Assembly (NCBI GenBank): GCA_029860045.1
Contig: JAOUBY010000005.1
Location: 1-60,741, forward strand
Source of the DNA: Gammaproteobacteria bacterium
Lineage (GTDB): Bacteria > Pseudomonadota > Gammaproteobacteria > UBA9214
Direction: 5' to 3'
Length of the DNA: 60,741 nt
The notes under the pieces: generated by a model
Databases searched by the model: none
What the model was told of the DNA's origin: nothing
Seen by the model: only the letters and a program-made list of their open reading frames with translations
Shown here: positions 17,727 through 27,675 of the stretch, piece after piece
How positions within the stretch are numbered: position 1 is the stretch's first letter
How the letters are laid out: the number at the start of each line of letters is the position of its first letter
Position numbers and translations under genes: made by a program

Positions 17727-18068
17727 TTATACATCGGGACCTGCACCGCCCGTAGCATCCTGCCCCTGCGGTAGCAGTCGCCCATTAACATCACGCTGGT
17801 AATCGATGACGCCTTTCGCCTTGCCCTGAATGTATTCAGTGACACTCAGTCGGGAACCGCCCTGTGAATAGACGATGGCGTAATAGCGGTAGTTCTTGAA
17901 GACTTCCTCGATGTTTTTTTCTTCACCGGCTACCCAGGGCACCCGCTGCGGATCGAATTCATCGTAGAAATAGGGCGTATCGCGGTATACCTGTTCGCCG
18001 GCCAGGGAAAGAAGGGGGAAACAGGCAAGCAGCAGGAGAATGCGTGGCAATAATCCTTTCCCTACCAC
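17727..18068 (-). CDS. Small exported hypothetical protein
   Basis: Signal peptide (..LSLA). Overlaps the upstream gene. Last gene of the nirC..J run. Confidence 0.65.
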   Translation of the reverse strand: MVGKGLLPRILLLLACFPLLSLAGEQVYRDTPYFYDEFDPQRVPWVAGEEKNIEEVFKNYRYYAIVYSQGGSRLSVTEYIQGKAKGVIDYQRDVNGRLLPQGQDATGGAGPDV

Positions 18069-18592
18069 GGCACAAAGTTGTTCATGAAGTTCATCGGTTG
18101 CAGGCTCTGACCCATTCTACCCACTTCATGACGCATACCCTCGCCGGTCATTGTCATGCGTTGCATATTGTAGTTCATGCCGGCCATCGAGGAATTCATG
18201 CCGCGCATGTTGACGAGCATCGGCTCCAGGTGTTCCAGTGAATCCATTTTTTGGGACATGTACTCAACCGACTCGGACATATTGTGTACGCGCCGGGTCA
18301 TGGTACGAATATTCTCGGACAGGTAGACCACGCTCTCGGAGATATGCGAAAGGTTTTTTCCCATCTGCGGATCCATGCCCTGCGCCAGGGTATGGATATC
18401 CTTGCTCAGGCTATAGATAAGGAAGAAGCCATAGGCCGCCAGCACCACGAAGGCCAGCATGGCCGGGTAAATAATCAGCTCCCAGCGCCTGGCGCTAGCC
18501 TCGAAGACATTGGCAAAACGCGCCATTGCATCGCCTTCGATAACGATGTCCTTGTTTTTCTTGTCGTCAATACTTACAACCTTGTCACTCAT
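18062..18592 (-). CDS. Single-TM Met-rich coiled-coil hypothetical protein
   Basis: SARRWELIIYP before a TM helix. 21 Met in 176 aa, many in heptad spacing. Starts 5 bp after the nirJ stop. Confidence 0.8.
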   Translation of the reverse strand: MSDKVVSIDDKKNKDIVIEGDAMARFANVFEASARRWELIIYPAMLAFVVLAAYGFFLIYSLSKDIHTLAQGMDPQMGKNLSHISESVVYLSENIRTMTRRVHNMSESVEYMSQKMDSLEHLEPMLVNMRGMNSSMAGMNYNMQRMTMTGEGMRHEVGRMGQSLQPMNFMNNFVPW

Positions 18593-18597
18593 CTATC

Positions 18598-19806
18598 TCA
18601 CCGTCTGGTCATGGAAACAGGCGCCGCCTCCATAATTATATCACCATTAACTTCTATACTTTCGTTATCTGCCTTTATTTCAGCGTCGGTCAAATAGCAT
18701 GCAGGGTCCTCTGCCCACGGGTCACCGCTCAACTGCAGCGCACGCACACGCGTATTCCCCCCGCATATATCGAAGTAACGGCATGATTTACAACGGCCTT
18801 TAATTTTCCTGGGGGACTGTTTCAGGCCCGCCATGATCGGGTCCGAGGTATCCATCCAGATCTCCGAGAATGCCCTCTCACGTACATTCCCCAGTGAATA
18901 ATGCCACCAGAAGGTATCCGGATGCACATCCCCCAGGTTGTCGATGTTGGCGATATTCACACCGGAACTGTTGCCGCCCCACAGACGCAGTTTCCCGGCA
19001 ATATGACCGGCGCTTTCCGGGTGATGTTCTTTTACCCATTCCAGCAGATAGGCGCCATCGGCATCATTATTGCCGGTCACGAACTCCAGGCTATCACCGC
19101 GCTGCGCATGCTGGTAGGCAGTCTCGAACAGCAGGTCCATGGCATTGCGGGTAATATCGAGTTGCACATCACTGTCACGATTACGGTTACCGCGCCCGGC
19201 ATAATTCAGGTGTGACAGGTAAAACTTGTCGACACCTTCGTCTTTCATCAACTGCAACATGTCCGGCAACTCCGGCGCATTGTCCTCGGTCATGGTGAAA
19301 CGCAGGCCAACCTTGATGTCATGCTCACGACAGCGACGGATACCGTCGAGTGACGCATCGAACGCACCTTGCTTGCGCCGGAATTCATCGTGAGTCTCGC
19401 GCATGCCGTCAATGCTGATACCGACATAGTCATAACCCACGGCGGCGATTTCATTAATATTACTCGCATCGATCAGGGTGCCGTTGCTCGACAAGCCCAC
19501 ATAAAACCCCATGTCTTTTGCGCGTCTGGAGATATCGAAAATATCCGGACGCAACAGCGGCTCGCCGCCGGACAGGATTAATACCGGCACCCCAAACGCC
19601 TTCAGGTCATCCATCACCGTGAACACTTCCGCGGTCGACAACTCACCCTTGAAGTCGATGTCGGCCGATATTGAATAGCAATGCTTGCAGGTCAGGTTGC
19701 AGCGCCGGATCAGGTTCCAGATCACCACCGGACCGGGAGGATTGCGTTTTATGCCAAGTGGTCCCGGATTGACCAGTTCATTCATGAATTGTGAAATACG
19801 GAACAT
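18598..19806 (-). CDS. nirJ: Heme d1 biosynthesis radical SAM protein NirJ
   Basis: MFRISQFM..PPGPVVIWNLIRRCNLTCKHCYS, VTGNNDADG and WGGNSSG motifs. SPASM cysteines. Confidence 0.96.
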   Translation of the reverse strand: MFRISQFMNELVNPGPLGIKRNPPGPVVIWNLIRRCNLTCKHCYSISADIDFKGELSTAEVFTVMDDLKAFGVPVLILSGGEPLLRPDIFDISRRAKDMGFYVGLSSNGTLIDASNINEIAAVGYDYVGISIDGMRETHDEFRRKQGAFDASLDGIRRCREHDIKVGLRFTMTEDNAPELPDMLQLMKDEGVDKFYLSHLNYAGRGNRNRDSDVQLDITRNAMDLLFETAYQHAQRGDSLEFVTGNNDADGAYLLEWVKEHHPESAGHIAGKLRLWGGNSSGVNIANIDNLGDVHPDTFWWHYSLGNVRERAFSEIWMDTSDPIMAGLKQSPRKIKGRCKSCRYFDICGGNTRVRALQLSGDPWAEDPACYLTDAEIKADNESIEVNGDIIMEAAPVSMTRR

Positions 19807-19810
19807 AATC

Positions 19811-20329
19811 CTATCCTGTGATGCGCAGCCCGGTTTTCTTCAGGATACGCTTGCTATACAGCACTTCGTGGCCACGGCAGTATTCACCCAGCAGCAGTGC
19901 AATCTGTTCGACGCCCTGCTCGACAGCATCCTGTGTCTTGCCATGTACCATGGCAAACAGGTTGTACGGCCATAACGGCAGGTGGCGCGGTCGCTGGTAA
20001 CAGTGACTGACGAACTCCAGCGCACCGACCCTGGCACCCAGTTCGCCAACAATCTCATCGGGAACATTCCATACTGACATGCCGTTGGCACGATAGCCCA
20101 GCGCATAATGGTTCGGTACTGCTGCGATACGCCGGATCACACCACTTTGCTGCATGGCACGCAGCCGCTCCATGAGTTCCTCCACGGCAAGGTCCAGCTG
20201 CCGCGCCAGCACATCATACGGTTGCTCGGCCAGTGGCAGACCGGCCTGCGTGGCCAGGATAATACGGCGGTCAACCTCGTCTATTGGCCGGTTGTCCTGC
20301 TGCTCCATGGATATGTCTTGTTGTTGCAT
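19811..20329 (-). CDS. nirH: Siroheme decarboxylase subunit NirH
   Basis: Lrp/AsnC fold. PNHYALGY.ANGMSVW, VSHCYQRPR, WPYNLFAMVHG, ILKKTGLR. Confidence 0.92.
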   Translation of the reverse strand: MQQQDISMEQQDNRPIDEVDRRIILATQAGLPLAEQPYDVLARQLDLAVEELMERLRAMQQSGVIRRIAAVPNHYALGYRANGMSVWNVPDEIVGELGARVGALEFVSHCYQRPRHLPLWPYNLFAMVHGKTQDAVEQGVEQIALLLGEYCRGHEVLYSKRILKKTGLRITG

Positions 20330-20336
20330 ATAGCTC

Positions 20337-20780
20337 TCACACCGCCAGTTTCAAACCGATATAAAATTCCTGCTGCTTGGGCATATCGTAAACCCGGCAG
20401 GCAGTTTCCTGCTCGATGCCCCTGATAACACGTGCAAGCTGTTCGGGATGTTCTGCCGCCACCACGAACCACATATTCAACGGGTGTTCGCGCTCGTAGT
20501 TATGTGCCACCTCGGGGTGCGCATTGACCATCTCCGCCACGGCATCAAACTGTTCTCCGGCAACCTGCATGGCACACAGGGTGACCGCCCCTCCCAGTTG
20601 CTCGGCGTTATACATGGGACCGAAACGGCTCAGCAGCTTTTCATCGAGCAATTTCTGGATGCGCGTCAGCACCTCTGTAACCGTTACTCCAGTCTGGTCA
20701 GCCAGCGCATCAAACGGACGATCGCACACCGGCAGGCCATCCTGCAGGGAGTTGACCAGCTTGCGGTCAAGCTCATCCAC
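20337..20780 (-). CDS. nirG: Siroheme decarboxylase subunit NirG
   Basis: GTG 20780 overlaps the nirL stop. LSRFGPMYNAE.LGG, EVAHNYEREH.LNMWFV. Confidence 0.9.
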   Translation of the reverse strand: MDELDRKLVNSLQDGLPVCDRPFDALADQTGVTVTEVLTRIQKLLDEKLLSRFGPMYNAEQLGGAVTLCAMQVAGEQFDAVAEMVNAHPEVAHNYEREHPLNMWFVVAAEHPEQLARVIRGIEQETACRVYDMPKQQEFYIGLKLAV

Positions 20781-21282
20781 GTGCAGCTCCTGCCTGATCT
20801 GCCGGCGACGCGTAACGTGCACCGCACTGCTTGAAACCGCGTGTACTGAACAACACATCGTGGTCAACGTCATGCAGCCCGTGTCTATCGATGATTCGCT
20901 CGATACAGCGCAGTACACTGTCGCGCGCACGGCCATGAATCATGCAAAACAGGTTATAGGGCCAGTCCGGCAGGCGGCGGGGGCGCTGATAACACAGTGT
21001 GACGCAGGTTTCGTCGGCCAGTAGTTTTCCAATGCGCTCAATGTCCGCCTCCGGCACATCCCACACCACCATGGCGTTCGCGTCATAACCCAGGGCACGA
21101 TGCCTGACCACGACACCCATACGCTTGATGAGCCCGCTGTCCTGCAATGCCTGCAGGCGCGTGATAACCGCTTGCTGCGTGATACCGAGCTGATCGGCAA
21201 TCACGGCATACGGTTGCGATGCCAGGGGCAAGCCATCCTGGATGGCTGCAATCAGTTGCCGGTCCGTCTCGTTCAACACCAT
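20773..21282 (-). CDS. nirL: Siroheme decarboxylase subunit NirL
   Basis: GVVVRHRALGY.ANAMVVWDV, VTLCYQRPRRLPDWPYNLFCMIHG. Confidence 0.9.
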   Translation of the reverse strand: MVLNETDRQLIAAIQDGLPLASQPYAVIADQLGITQQAVITRLQALQDSGLIKRMGVVVRHRALGYDANAMVVWDVPEADIERIGKLLADETCVTLCYQRPRRLPDWPYNLFCMIHGRARDSVLRCIERIIDRHGLHDVDHDVLFSTRGFKQCGARYASPADQAGAARG

Positions 21283-21776
21283 AGCGGGAACCCCAGGTCG
21301 ATATAGAATGAACGCTCCAGCGGCAAATCAAGCACCGCCAGGCCAGTAGCCACTTCGACTTCCCCGAGCACCTCCCTGATGCGCGCATCATCCGGTGCTG
21401 TCACAACGAACCACAGGTTCCAGGCATGCTCACGCTGGTAGTTGTGATTTACCTCGGCAAACCCGTTTACAATGGCAGCAACCGCCTCCAGGTCCTGTTC
21501 GGGAACCGCCAGCGCAGCCAGTGTGCTGCTGCCGGCACGGCGCGGCGCGAACACCGGACCAACCCGGCTGATCAGGCCACGCTGTTGCAGCGATGCCAGG
21601 GTTGCCAGCACCTCTGCTTCACTGACTTCCAGTTGCCGCGCGATTTCCGCATACGGCTGCTCACACAGTGGAAAACCACGCTGGTATTCATTCAGCAGGC
21701 ATTTTTCCAGTGCGCTCAATGACAGCGGGATATCCAGCACTGACAGCTTGCCCGTTTTCGGTAGTCTGTTGGTCAT
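21273..21776 (-). CDS. nirD: Siroheme decarboxylase subunit NirD (heme d1 pathway)
   Basis: LLNEYQRGFPL, SRVGPVF..STLAAL, EVNHNYQREH.WNLWFV, IDLGFPL. Confidence 0.9.
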   Translation of the reverse strand: MTNRLPKTGKLSVLDIPLSLSALEKCLLNEYQRGFPLCEQPYAEIARQLEVSEAEVLATLASLQQRGLISRVGPVFAPRRAGSSTLAALAVPEQDLEAVAAIVNGFAEVNHNYQREHAWNLWFVVTAPDDARIREVLGEVEVATGLAVLDLPLERSFYIDLGFPLWC

Positions 21777-21777
21777 G

Positions 21778-23028
21778 TTATAACCCCGTCCGGTGCGCAC
21801 GCGCACTGAAAAAGATGCCGCTTGGTTTTTCAGCAGCAAGTGTCGCCACCTGCGTCAGGCTGCTGGTATCGTAAACCTGCACGGCATCGGCATCGCGCAC
21901 CGAAATCCAGACTGCCTCGCCACGCGGAGTGAATTCCATGTGCAGCACGCCCTTGCCAGGCTTGAAAGTATGCACGATCTGCCTCGAGTGCGTATCGATA
22001 ACCTGTACCGTGTCATTACGCGGGTGCGCAAAATTTACCCACACCCGCCGTCCACCCGGTTCGGCCACGACAAATACCGGCTGTCCGTGCACGGGAATCC
22101 GTGCCACCTGTTGCCAGTCTTCACTGTCAACCACCAGCACTGCATGCTGCCCAACCGCCGGCAGGAAGGCCTCCCGGCCGGCCATCGCCCAGCCTTCCAG
22201 GTGCGGCATCTTGTAGACCGGCAGTTTCTGCTGTCCCCGACCGTAACCATCGAGGATACGCCGGGCAGTTTTCTGCGAACCCCACAGGTCCACCAGCGCC
22301 AGACCATCTTCGCCAAACAGGCCGGCAATGTAAAAACGGCCATCCGGCGAGATCAGTGCATCGTAGGGTAGCCGGCCGATATTGCGGAACACCTGGACAG
22401 CCGGCTTTGCCGGATCAGACAGGTCGGCGATACGAATCTCGCCGGCATCATACAGGGTATAGACAAAGCGCTGGCCGGGCGCATCTACCAGGCCAACCAC
22501 TTTTGATGTGCCACCCTTCGCATCGTGTGCCGGCAAATCGGCAACCAGTTTCAGGCTGCCGGCATCGAACACCTTGACGCCACCCGGTTCATAGTTGGAC
22601 ACCGCGACCAGGCTGCCATCCTGCGAGATTGCGCCGCCGATGCTGTTGCCGGCCTGGACCACACGCTTGACCAGTTCACCGCACAACAGGTCGATCTTGG
22701 ACAGGCCGCCGTCACGGCCGAAAATGTATGCGTAGCGGGCATCGCGTGAAAATACTGCCGAGGCATGCGACAGGTCACCCAGGCCCTCGACCAGGAACAG
22801 GCGCGTCCGCGCCGTGGTATCGACAACCTGCACACTGCCGCTGGCGCGCTCGATGACAACACCAAGGTCACCTGTGCCACGCGTGAGGCACTCGGCATGC
22901 ACAGTAAACGTCAGGCCTGTCAGCAACAGAATGAATAGAAACCATCCAACAAATCGCGCCTGCAAGGCGCTCCTACGCAGGTAGAAACATCCGTAGGAGC
23001 GCCTTGCAGGCGCGATCAACACACTCAC
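21778..23028 (-). CDS. nirF: Heme d1 biosynthesis protein NirF
   Basis: RGTGDLGVVIERA.GS, GLGDLSHAS, KLPVYKMPHLEGW, KPSGIFFS.RAH..GL. Confidence 0.95.
   Translation of the reverse strand: MSVLIAPARRSYGCFYLRRSALQARFVGWFLFILLLTGLTFTVHAECLTRGTGDLGVVIERASGSVQVVDTTARTRLFLVEGLGDLSHASAVFSRDARYAYIFGRDGGLSKIDLLCGELVKRVVQAGNSIGGAISQDGSLVAVSNYEPGGVKVFDAGSLKLVADLPAHDAKGGTSKVVGLVDAPGQRFVYTLYDAGEIRIADLSDPAKPAVQVFRNIGRLPYDALISPDGRFYIAGLFGEDGLALVDLWGSQKTARRILDGYGRGQQKLPVYKMPHLEGWAMAGREAFLPAVGQHAVLVVDSEDWQQVARIPVHGQPVFVVAEPGGRRVWVNFAHPRNDTVQVIDTHSRQIVHTFKPGKGVLHMEFTPRGEAVWISVRDADAVQVYDTSSLTQVATLAAEKPSGIFFSARAHRTGL
22953..23016. repeat. GTAG-family REP doublet (perfect 25-bp inverted repeat, 14-bp spacer) in the 5' end of nirF
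   Basis: ATCGCGCCTGCAAGGCGCTCCTACG (22953-22977) and CGTAGGAGCGCCTTGCAGGCGCGAT (22992-23016). Each arm contains an internal GCGCCT/AGGCGC palindrome. Confidence 0.85.
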
Positions 23029-23348
23029 AATCCTTTCCCCTGGCGCAAGGCCTCGACCAGCCAGTGCACATCCTGCTCACTAAGTAAGCCGCGCCACGGC
23101 GGCATCGGCGTGCCAGGCCTGCCTTCGAGTACCGTGTTTACCAGTAGCGCCTGCGGGCGCGCACGCAGCTTGTCAGGTAACAGCGACGGGCCCAGCCCAC
23201 CCTTGCGGGTCATACCATGGCAGGAACCACAATCGTGCTTGAGGAGATGCAGCAGCTCAGCCTGTCTCGCTGCGTCAACGCCAGCTGAAAGCGCGGGCAG
23301 GTTGACCATCATGACCAGGACAAACAGCAGCTTGCTAGTTTTTCTCAC
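23025..23348 (-). CDS. nirC: Cytochrome c55X NirC
   Basis: RQAEL.HLL.HDCGSCHG...GGLGP.L, GRPGTPMPPW. Confidence 0.93.
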   Translation of the reverse strand: MRKTSKLLFVLVMMVNLPALSAGVDAARQAELLHLLKHDCGSCHGMTRKGGLGPSLLPDKLRARPQALLVNTVLEGRPGTPMPPWRGLLSEQDVHWLVEALRQGKGL

Positions 23349-23409
23349 ACCTAGTGTCTCGTTGATAATATTATCGATCCTTAATATAACAAGCCGATTA
23401 CTGCACCCC

Positions 23410-23423
23410 TTGATCTATATCAA
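23410..23423 (-). promoter_or_regulatory. FNR/DNR box for the nirC operon
   Basis: Perfect TTGAT-CTAT-ATCAA. Confidence 0.85.
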
Positions 23424-23566
23424 TTTCGGACAAGGGCAAGAACCTTGCTCATCCTGATGAACTGGTTAACCATCCAAATGGCTCCTGCCGGTCGGCCCGG
23501 ATCGCTTTCAGAAACCCTGGTAGAGCGTTGGCAATCCCTGCAACCGGCCATAAAATTTGCCCACGG

Positions 23567-23580
23567 TTGATCTACATCAA
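23567..23580 (+). promoter_or_regulatory. FNR/DNR box for nirS
   Basis: Perfect TTGAT-CTAC-ATCAA, with AATAAT -10 at 23603-23608. Confidence 0.85.
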
Positions 23581-23780
23581 GAAGGCAATTAAGTCCGGGT
23601 TTAATAATCACACCGCACTGCGAAATTATCCTGACCGTAGCGGGCGTCAAATTTCTGCCTGAACTGGCTACAACCCGTTACCATCAAACCATAGTAAAAG
23701 TAAGCATTCTCTTCAGAACACAGAAGTCAGTATTATACGCAACGAAATTTACTTTCAGCACTAACTAAGGAGTTTAACCA

Positions 23781-25451
23781 ATGAGCGTGAAGCGCATAAC
23801 AAGGTACGGGGTGGCACTGCTCGCCTCGTGCATGGGCCTGGCAACGACAACCGGTATTGCGTTTGCCAAAAAAGAGGCATTTGTTCCCCTTAACGAAGCA
23901 GAATTCGAACAGGCAAAAAGCATGTATTTCCAGCGCTGTGCCGGCTGCCATGGTGTTCTGCGCAAGGGCGCGACCGGTAAAAGCCTGTTACCACAGCCAA
24001 ACAAAGCCAAAAAGTCCAAGGGCACTCTCAAACTGGGGACGAAACGGCTTACCAAGATCATCAAGCTGGGCACCGAAGGTGGCATGAACAACTTCGATGA
24101 TGTCTTCTCGGACAAGCAAATCGACCTGCTGGCCCGGTATATCCAGATGGAACCGCCGATTCCGCCTGAAATGCCTCTTTCACTAATGAAGGAACGTCAC
24201 AAGGTATACATCGAACCGAAAGATTACCCGAAGAAGCCGCTGCATGGCCGCAACTGGGAGAATTTCTTCGTGGTCATCGAGCGTGATGCCGGCAAGATTG
24301 CCATTATCGATGGTGACAAGCATGAAATTGTTGACCATATTGACACCGGCTATGCGGTACACGTTATCAAGGCGACAGAACATCACGACAAGGAAAAACC
24401 GGTCGGCGGTGTTGCCGGCCGCTTCTGGTATACCCAGGGCCGTGATGGCAAGATGACCAAGATCGATCTGTGGCAAAAGCCTGGCAGTATGCTGGTGGCT
24501 GAGGCGCAGATGGCCTACGATGCACGCGACGTTGCCGTATCCGGTGATGGCAAGTATGTCATCGGTGGCGGGTACTGGCCCCCACACTTCGTAATTCTCG
24601 ACGCAATTACCATGGAGCCACTGAAAGTAGTTTCAACCCGTGGCATCAATATCGATGGTGACTACGTCAACGAGTCTCGCGTGGCCGCGATCTACACCAC
24701 GCCGGGCCAGTCTTCCTTCTGGGTTGCCATGAAGGAACTGGGGCAGATGTGGCAGGTCAACTACACCGACCTCGACAACCTCGCGATCAAACAGGTCAAT
24801 TCGGCGAAGTTCCTGCACGATGGATTCTTCGACCCGACCGGCCGTTACTTCCAGATAGCCGCCAACGCATCGAACAAGATGGTTATCGTCGACTCCAACA
24901 CCGGTAAGCTGGAAGCAATGATCGACACCGCCAAGTTGCCGCACCCGGGTCCGGGCGCCAACTGGAACGACCCGCAATGCGGACCTGTAGGTGGCACCAC
25001 CCACCTCGGCGAAGGCAAGGTCACCGTCTGGGGTAACGATCCCAAGGGTCACAAGAAAGAGGCCTGGAAGATCTGCTACGAAGTTGAAACGGACGGTGCC
25101 GGAGTATTTATCCGTACCCATCCGACATCTGACTTTGTCTGGGCAGACCAGACCAAGCACCCGGAACCTGTAATCCAGCAGAGCGTCAAGGTCATTGACA
25201 AGAAGACACGGAAAGTTGTCAAAACCATTCGGGTGACCGAGGAAGAAGGCAAGGCCGCAGTGCACATGGAGTTCAACAAGGATGGCTCAGAGGTGTGGGT
25301 TTCGGTCTGGAACCGCAAGGACAACAAGAACCCCACTGGTGAAATCGTGGTCTACGATGCCAAGACTCTCAAGGAGAAGAAACGCATCAAGGGCCTGACG
25401 ACACCAACTGGCAAGTTCAATGTTTACAATCGTACCAACCACGTAACGTGA
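23781..25451 (+). CDS. nirS: Cytochrome cd1 nitrite reductase
   Basis: YFQRCAGCHGVLRKGATGK, TGYAVH, YWPPHF, FLHDG.FD.TGRYF, PHPGPGAN, TPTGKFNVYN. Confidence 0.96.
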   Translation: MSVKRITRYGVALLASCMGLATTTGIAFAKKEAFVPLNEAEFEQAKSMYFQRCAGCHGVLRKGATGKSLLPQPNKAKKSKGTLKLGTKRLTKIIKLGTEGGMNNFDDVFSDKQIDLLARYIQMEPPIPPEMPLSLMKERHKVYIEPKDYPKKPLHGRNWENFFVVIERDAGKIAIIDGDKHEIVDHIDTGYAVHVIKATEHHDKEKPVGGVAGRFWYTQGRDGKMTKIDLWQKPGSMLVAEAQMAYDARDVAVSGDGKYVIGGGYWPPHFVILDAITMEPLKVVSTRGINIDGDYVNESRVAAIYTTPGQSSFWVAMKELGQMWQVNYTDLDNLAIKQVNSAKFLHDGFFDPTGRYFQIAANASNKMVIVDSNTGKLEAMIDTAKLPHPGPGANWNDPQCGPVGGTTHLGEGKVTVWGNDPKGHKKEAWKICYEVETDGAGVFIRTHPTSDFVWADQTKHPEPVIQQSVKVIDKKTRKVVKTIRVTEEEGKAAVHMEFNKDGSEVWVSVWNRKDNKNPTGEIVVYDAKTLKEKKRIKGLTTPTGKFNVYNRTNHVT

Positions 25452-25490
25452 TGTGAGCTTCAGACATCCTGTTACGATGTAAGCAATAAC

Positions 25491-25530
25491 AAGGGCGGAC
25501 ATAATCTAAACATTGTGTCCGCCCTTTTTT
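25491..25530 (+). terminator. Rho-independent terminator after nirS
   Basis: AAGGGCGGACA...TGTCCGCCCTT stem plus T tract. Confidence 0.85.
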
Positions 25531-25776
25531 CTCCAGAATTACCTGTTACATGCAAAGTTCGTCCGGTGGATTATTGTCAGGCAGTTTGAGAATCAGCTGA
25601 ATCGCTCATCAACAGATCACTAAACCATGAAAAGACTAGCGGACCATAATTGCAGGCGATTTTTTTCTTTCATTTTCAATGGCCGCCAAGCCATTGAAAA
25701 TGGCGGTACGCCCTTGTTCCACAAGACTCTATAATCTGATATTCCCTGACAACGAACCTTAAGGTAATAAATATCA

Positions 25777-27561
25777 ATGGCCAGTCAGAAACCCATCTTC
25801 GGCTTGATGTCGCGCAAGGTTCTGTTCGGAACCACTCTCGCTGCGGCCCTGTTTTTCATGATAGTCGGTGTCATCTTCTGGGGCGGCTTCAATACGGTTA
25901 TGGAGGCCACCAACACCCTGTCATTCTGTATTTCCTGTCATGAAATGGAAGAAAACGTTTATCAGGAATACACAAAAACCATTCACTACACCAACCGCAG
26001 TGGTGTACGCGCCACCTGCTCCGATTGTCACGTACCTGATCCATGGGTGCACAAGGTTGTGCGTAAAATCCAGGCCAGTAACGAGGTAGTACATAAAGTA
26101 CTGGGTTCGATTAATACCCCGGAGAAGTTCGATAAAAAACGCCTTAAACTGGCAAAAAATGTCTGGCGTGCAATGAAAACGACGGACTCGCGCGAATGCC
26201 GCAACTGTCATGATTTCGATTCCATGAATCCGGAAGATCAGAAAAAACGTTCGCGCAAGCAGCATATCAACGGCATGGAAGCAGGCAATACCTGTATCGA
26301 CTGCCACAAGGGGATAGCGCATACAAAGGTGCACGACCAGCTGACTGATGAAGAATTGACGGCACTGGAACAGCCGCACCCGGAGAACAAGCGCCCGATA
26401 CCGCCACAGTGGCAGGCGTTTATCGATGCCCAGGCCGCCGGCAAGGCCCCTGCAAAAGAAGAGGAAGAAGTCGAGGAAGAGGTCGATGAAACGACCTCCA
26501 CGGCTGTGGAACAGGCCCCTGAAGCCACAACAGAAAGCGCAGCTGCTGCTCCAGCCGCTGCCGCCGCAGCAGCTGCGTCTACCGGCCCTGCAGCGAACAT
26601 CGACTGGTCAGGCATCGAGCCAAGGGAAGTTGTCCTGTTCTACCCCGGCCAGGCTTCAATGGAATGGACCCTGAAAGGCAGTGACCATGGTGGTAAACGT
26701 GCCTTTGTAACGGGTGACCGTTGCTTTGAGTGTCACGAAGATGAGGAAGTTGATATCGGTGATCTGATCATATCCGGTGACAAGGCCGAAGCTACGCCTA
26801 TTCCCGGCAAGCGTGGCAGCATCGCGGTCAACATTCAGGCGGCGCACGACGCCAGTAACCTGTACATGCGCTTCCAGTGGGAAGACGGTGAGCACGCGCC
26901 CATTCCGTTTGCCGACGGTGGCAAGATGGATCCGGACAACCCGGTCAAGCTGGCCATCATGCTGGCCACAGACAATGAAGATGATCCGAAAGTGGAATAT
27001 GCAGAACGTGCAGGTTGCTGGCAGTCCTGTCACCACGATGCCAATTACATGCCTCACCAGCCTGACAAGGCCACCCTGGCGGACAGTCCGCTGGCTGCGC
27101 GACTCGATCTGAGCATGGGCTTCACCAAGTACCTCAAAGAAAGTCGCACTTCAATCGAGATTGAAGGCAAGGAAGGCAAGATGCGCGGTGGCTGGGGCAA
27201 TCTGAAAGATGAAGCCGCGATCCGGGCAGCGCTGGAGAACGGTTCGTTCATGGACCTGCTGCGCTACAAGTCCGGCACCGGTGAATCCGAAGATGGTTAT
27301 ATCCTGGCCGAGCGCGTCATGACCGGCGGTCAGGGGGTGAATTTCACGGGCAGCCTCAAGGATGGTGTATGGACGGTTGAAATGACCCGCAAGCTGACCT
27401 CGGACAAGCCCGGCGACATCAGCATGAGCACTGATGAGTGGTATAACATTGGTTTCGCGATTCACGATGATTACAGCAACAGCCGCTTCCATCATGTGTC
27501 ACTGGGGCTGAAGCTGGGCTTTGATGATGAAGATGCAGAAATCAATGCAATAGGGAAGTAA
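25777..27561 (+). CDS. nirT: NirT (NapC-family tetraheme) fused to a NirB-like cytochrome c552/EB_dh domain
   Basis: TM helix plus WGGFNT..EATNT..FCISCHEM and three more CxxCH. Acidic/Ala-rich linker. LFYPGQ.S.EW, CFECH, GCWQSCH, GFAIHDD....RFHHVS. Confidence 0.9.
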   Translation: MASQKPIFGLMSRKVLFGTTLAAALFFMIVGVIFWGGFNTVMEATNTLSFCISCHEMEENVYQEYTKTIHYTNRSGVRATCSDCHVPDPWVHKVVRKIQASNEVVHKVLGSINTPEKFDKKRLKLAKNVWRAMKTTDSRECRNCHDFDSMNPEDQKKRSRKQHINGMEAGNTCIDCHKGIAHTKVHDQLTDEELTALEQPHPENKRPIPPQWQAFIDAQAAGKAPAKEEEEVEEEVDETTSTAVEQAPEATTESAAAAPAAAAAAAASTGPAANIDWSGIEPREVVLFYPGQASMEWTLKGSDHGGKRAFVTGDRCFECHEDEEVDIGDLIISGDKAEATPIPGKRGSIAVNIQAAHDASNLYMRFQWEDGEHAPIPFADGGKMDPDNPVKLAIMLATDNEDDPKVEYAERAGCWQSCHHDANYMPHQPDKATLADSPLAARLDLSMGFTKYLKESRTSIEIEGKEGKMRGGWGNLKDEAAIRAALENGSFMDLLRYKSGTGESEDGYILAERVMTGGQGVNFTGSLKDGVWTVEMTRKLTSDKPGDISMSTDEWYNIGFAIHDDYSNSRFHHVSLGLKLGFDDEDAEINAIGK

Positions 27562-27583
27562 GTACAACCTGACTCGTACCAGG

Positions 27584-27617
27584 GCCGCAGGGACGCATTT
27601 GTCCCTGCGGCTTTTTT
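27584..27617 (+). terminator. Rho-independent terminator
   Basis: GCCGCAGGGAC-gcattt-GTCCCTGCGGC plus TTTTTT. Confidence 0.85.
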
Positions 27618-27675
27618 GCGAACTGAGCCTCGGTTATGATTGTCTCAACCACGATCATATGAAGAGAACAAGCCC

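Noticed and set aside
19811-21776. Four Lrp/AsnC transcription regulators
   Set aside because: Their position between nirF and nirJ and their motifs identify them as NirD/L/G/H siroheme decarboxylase subunits.
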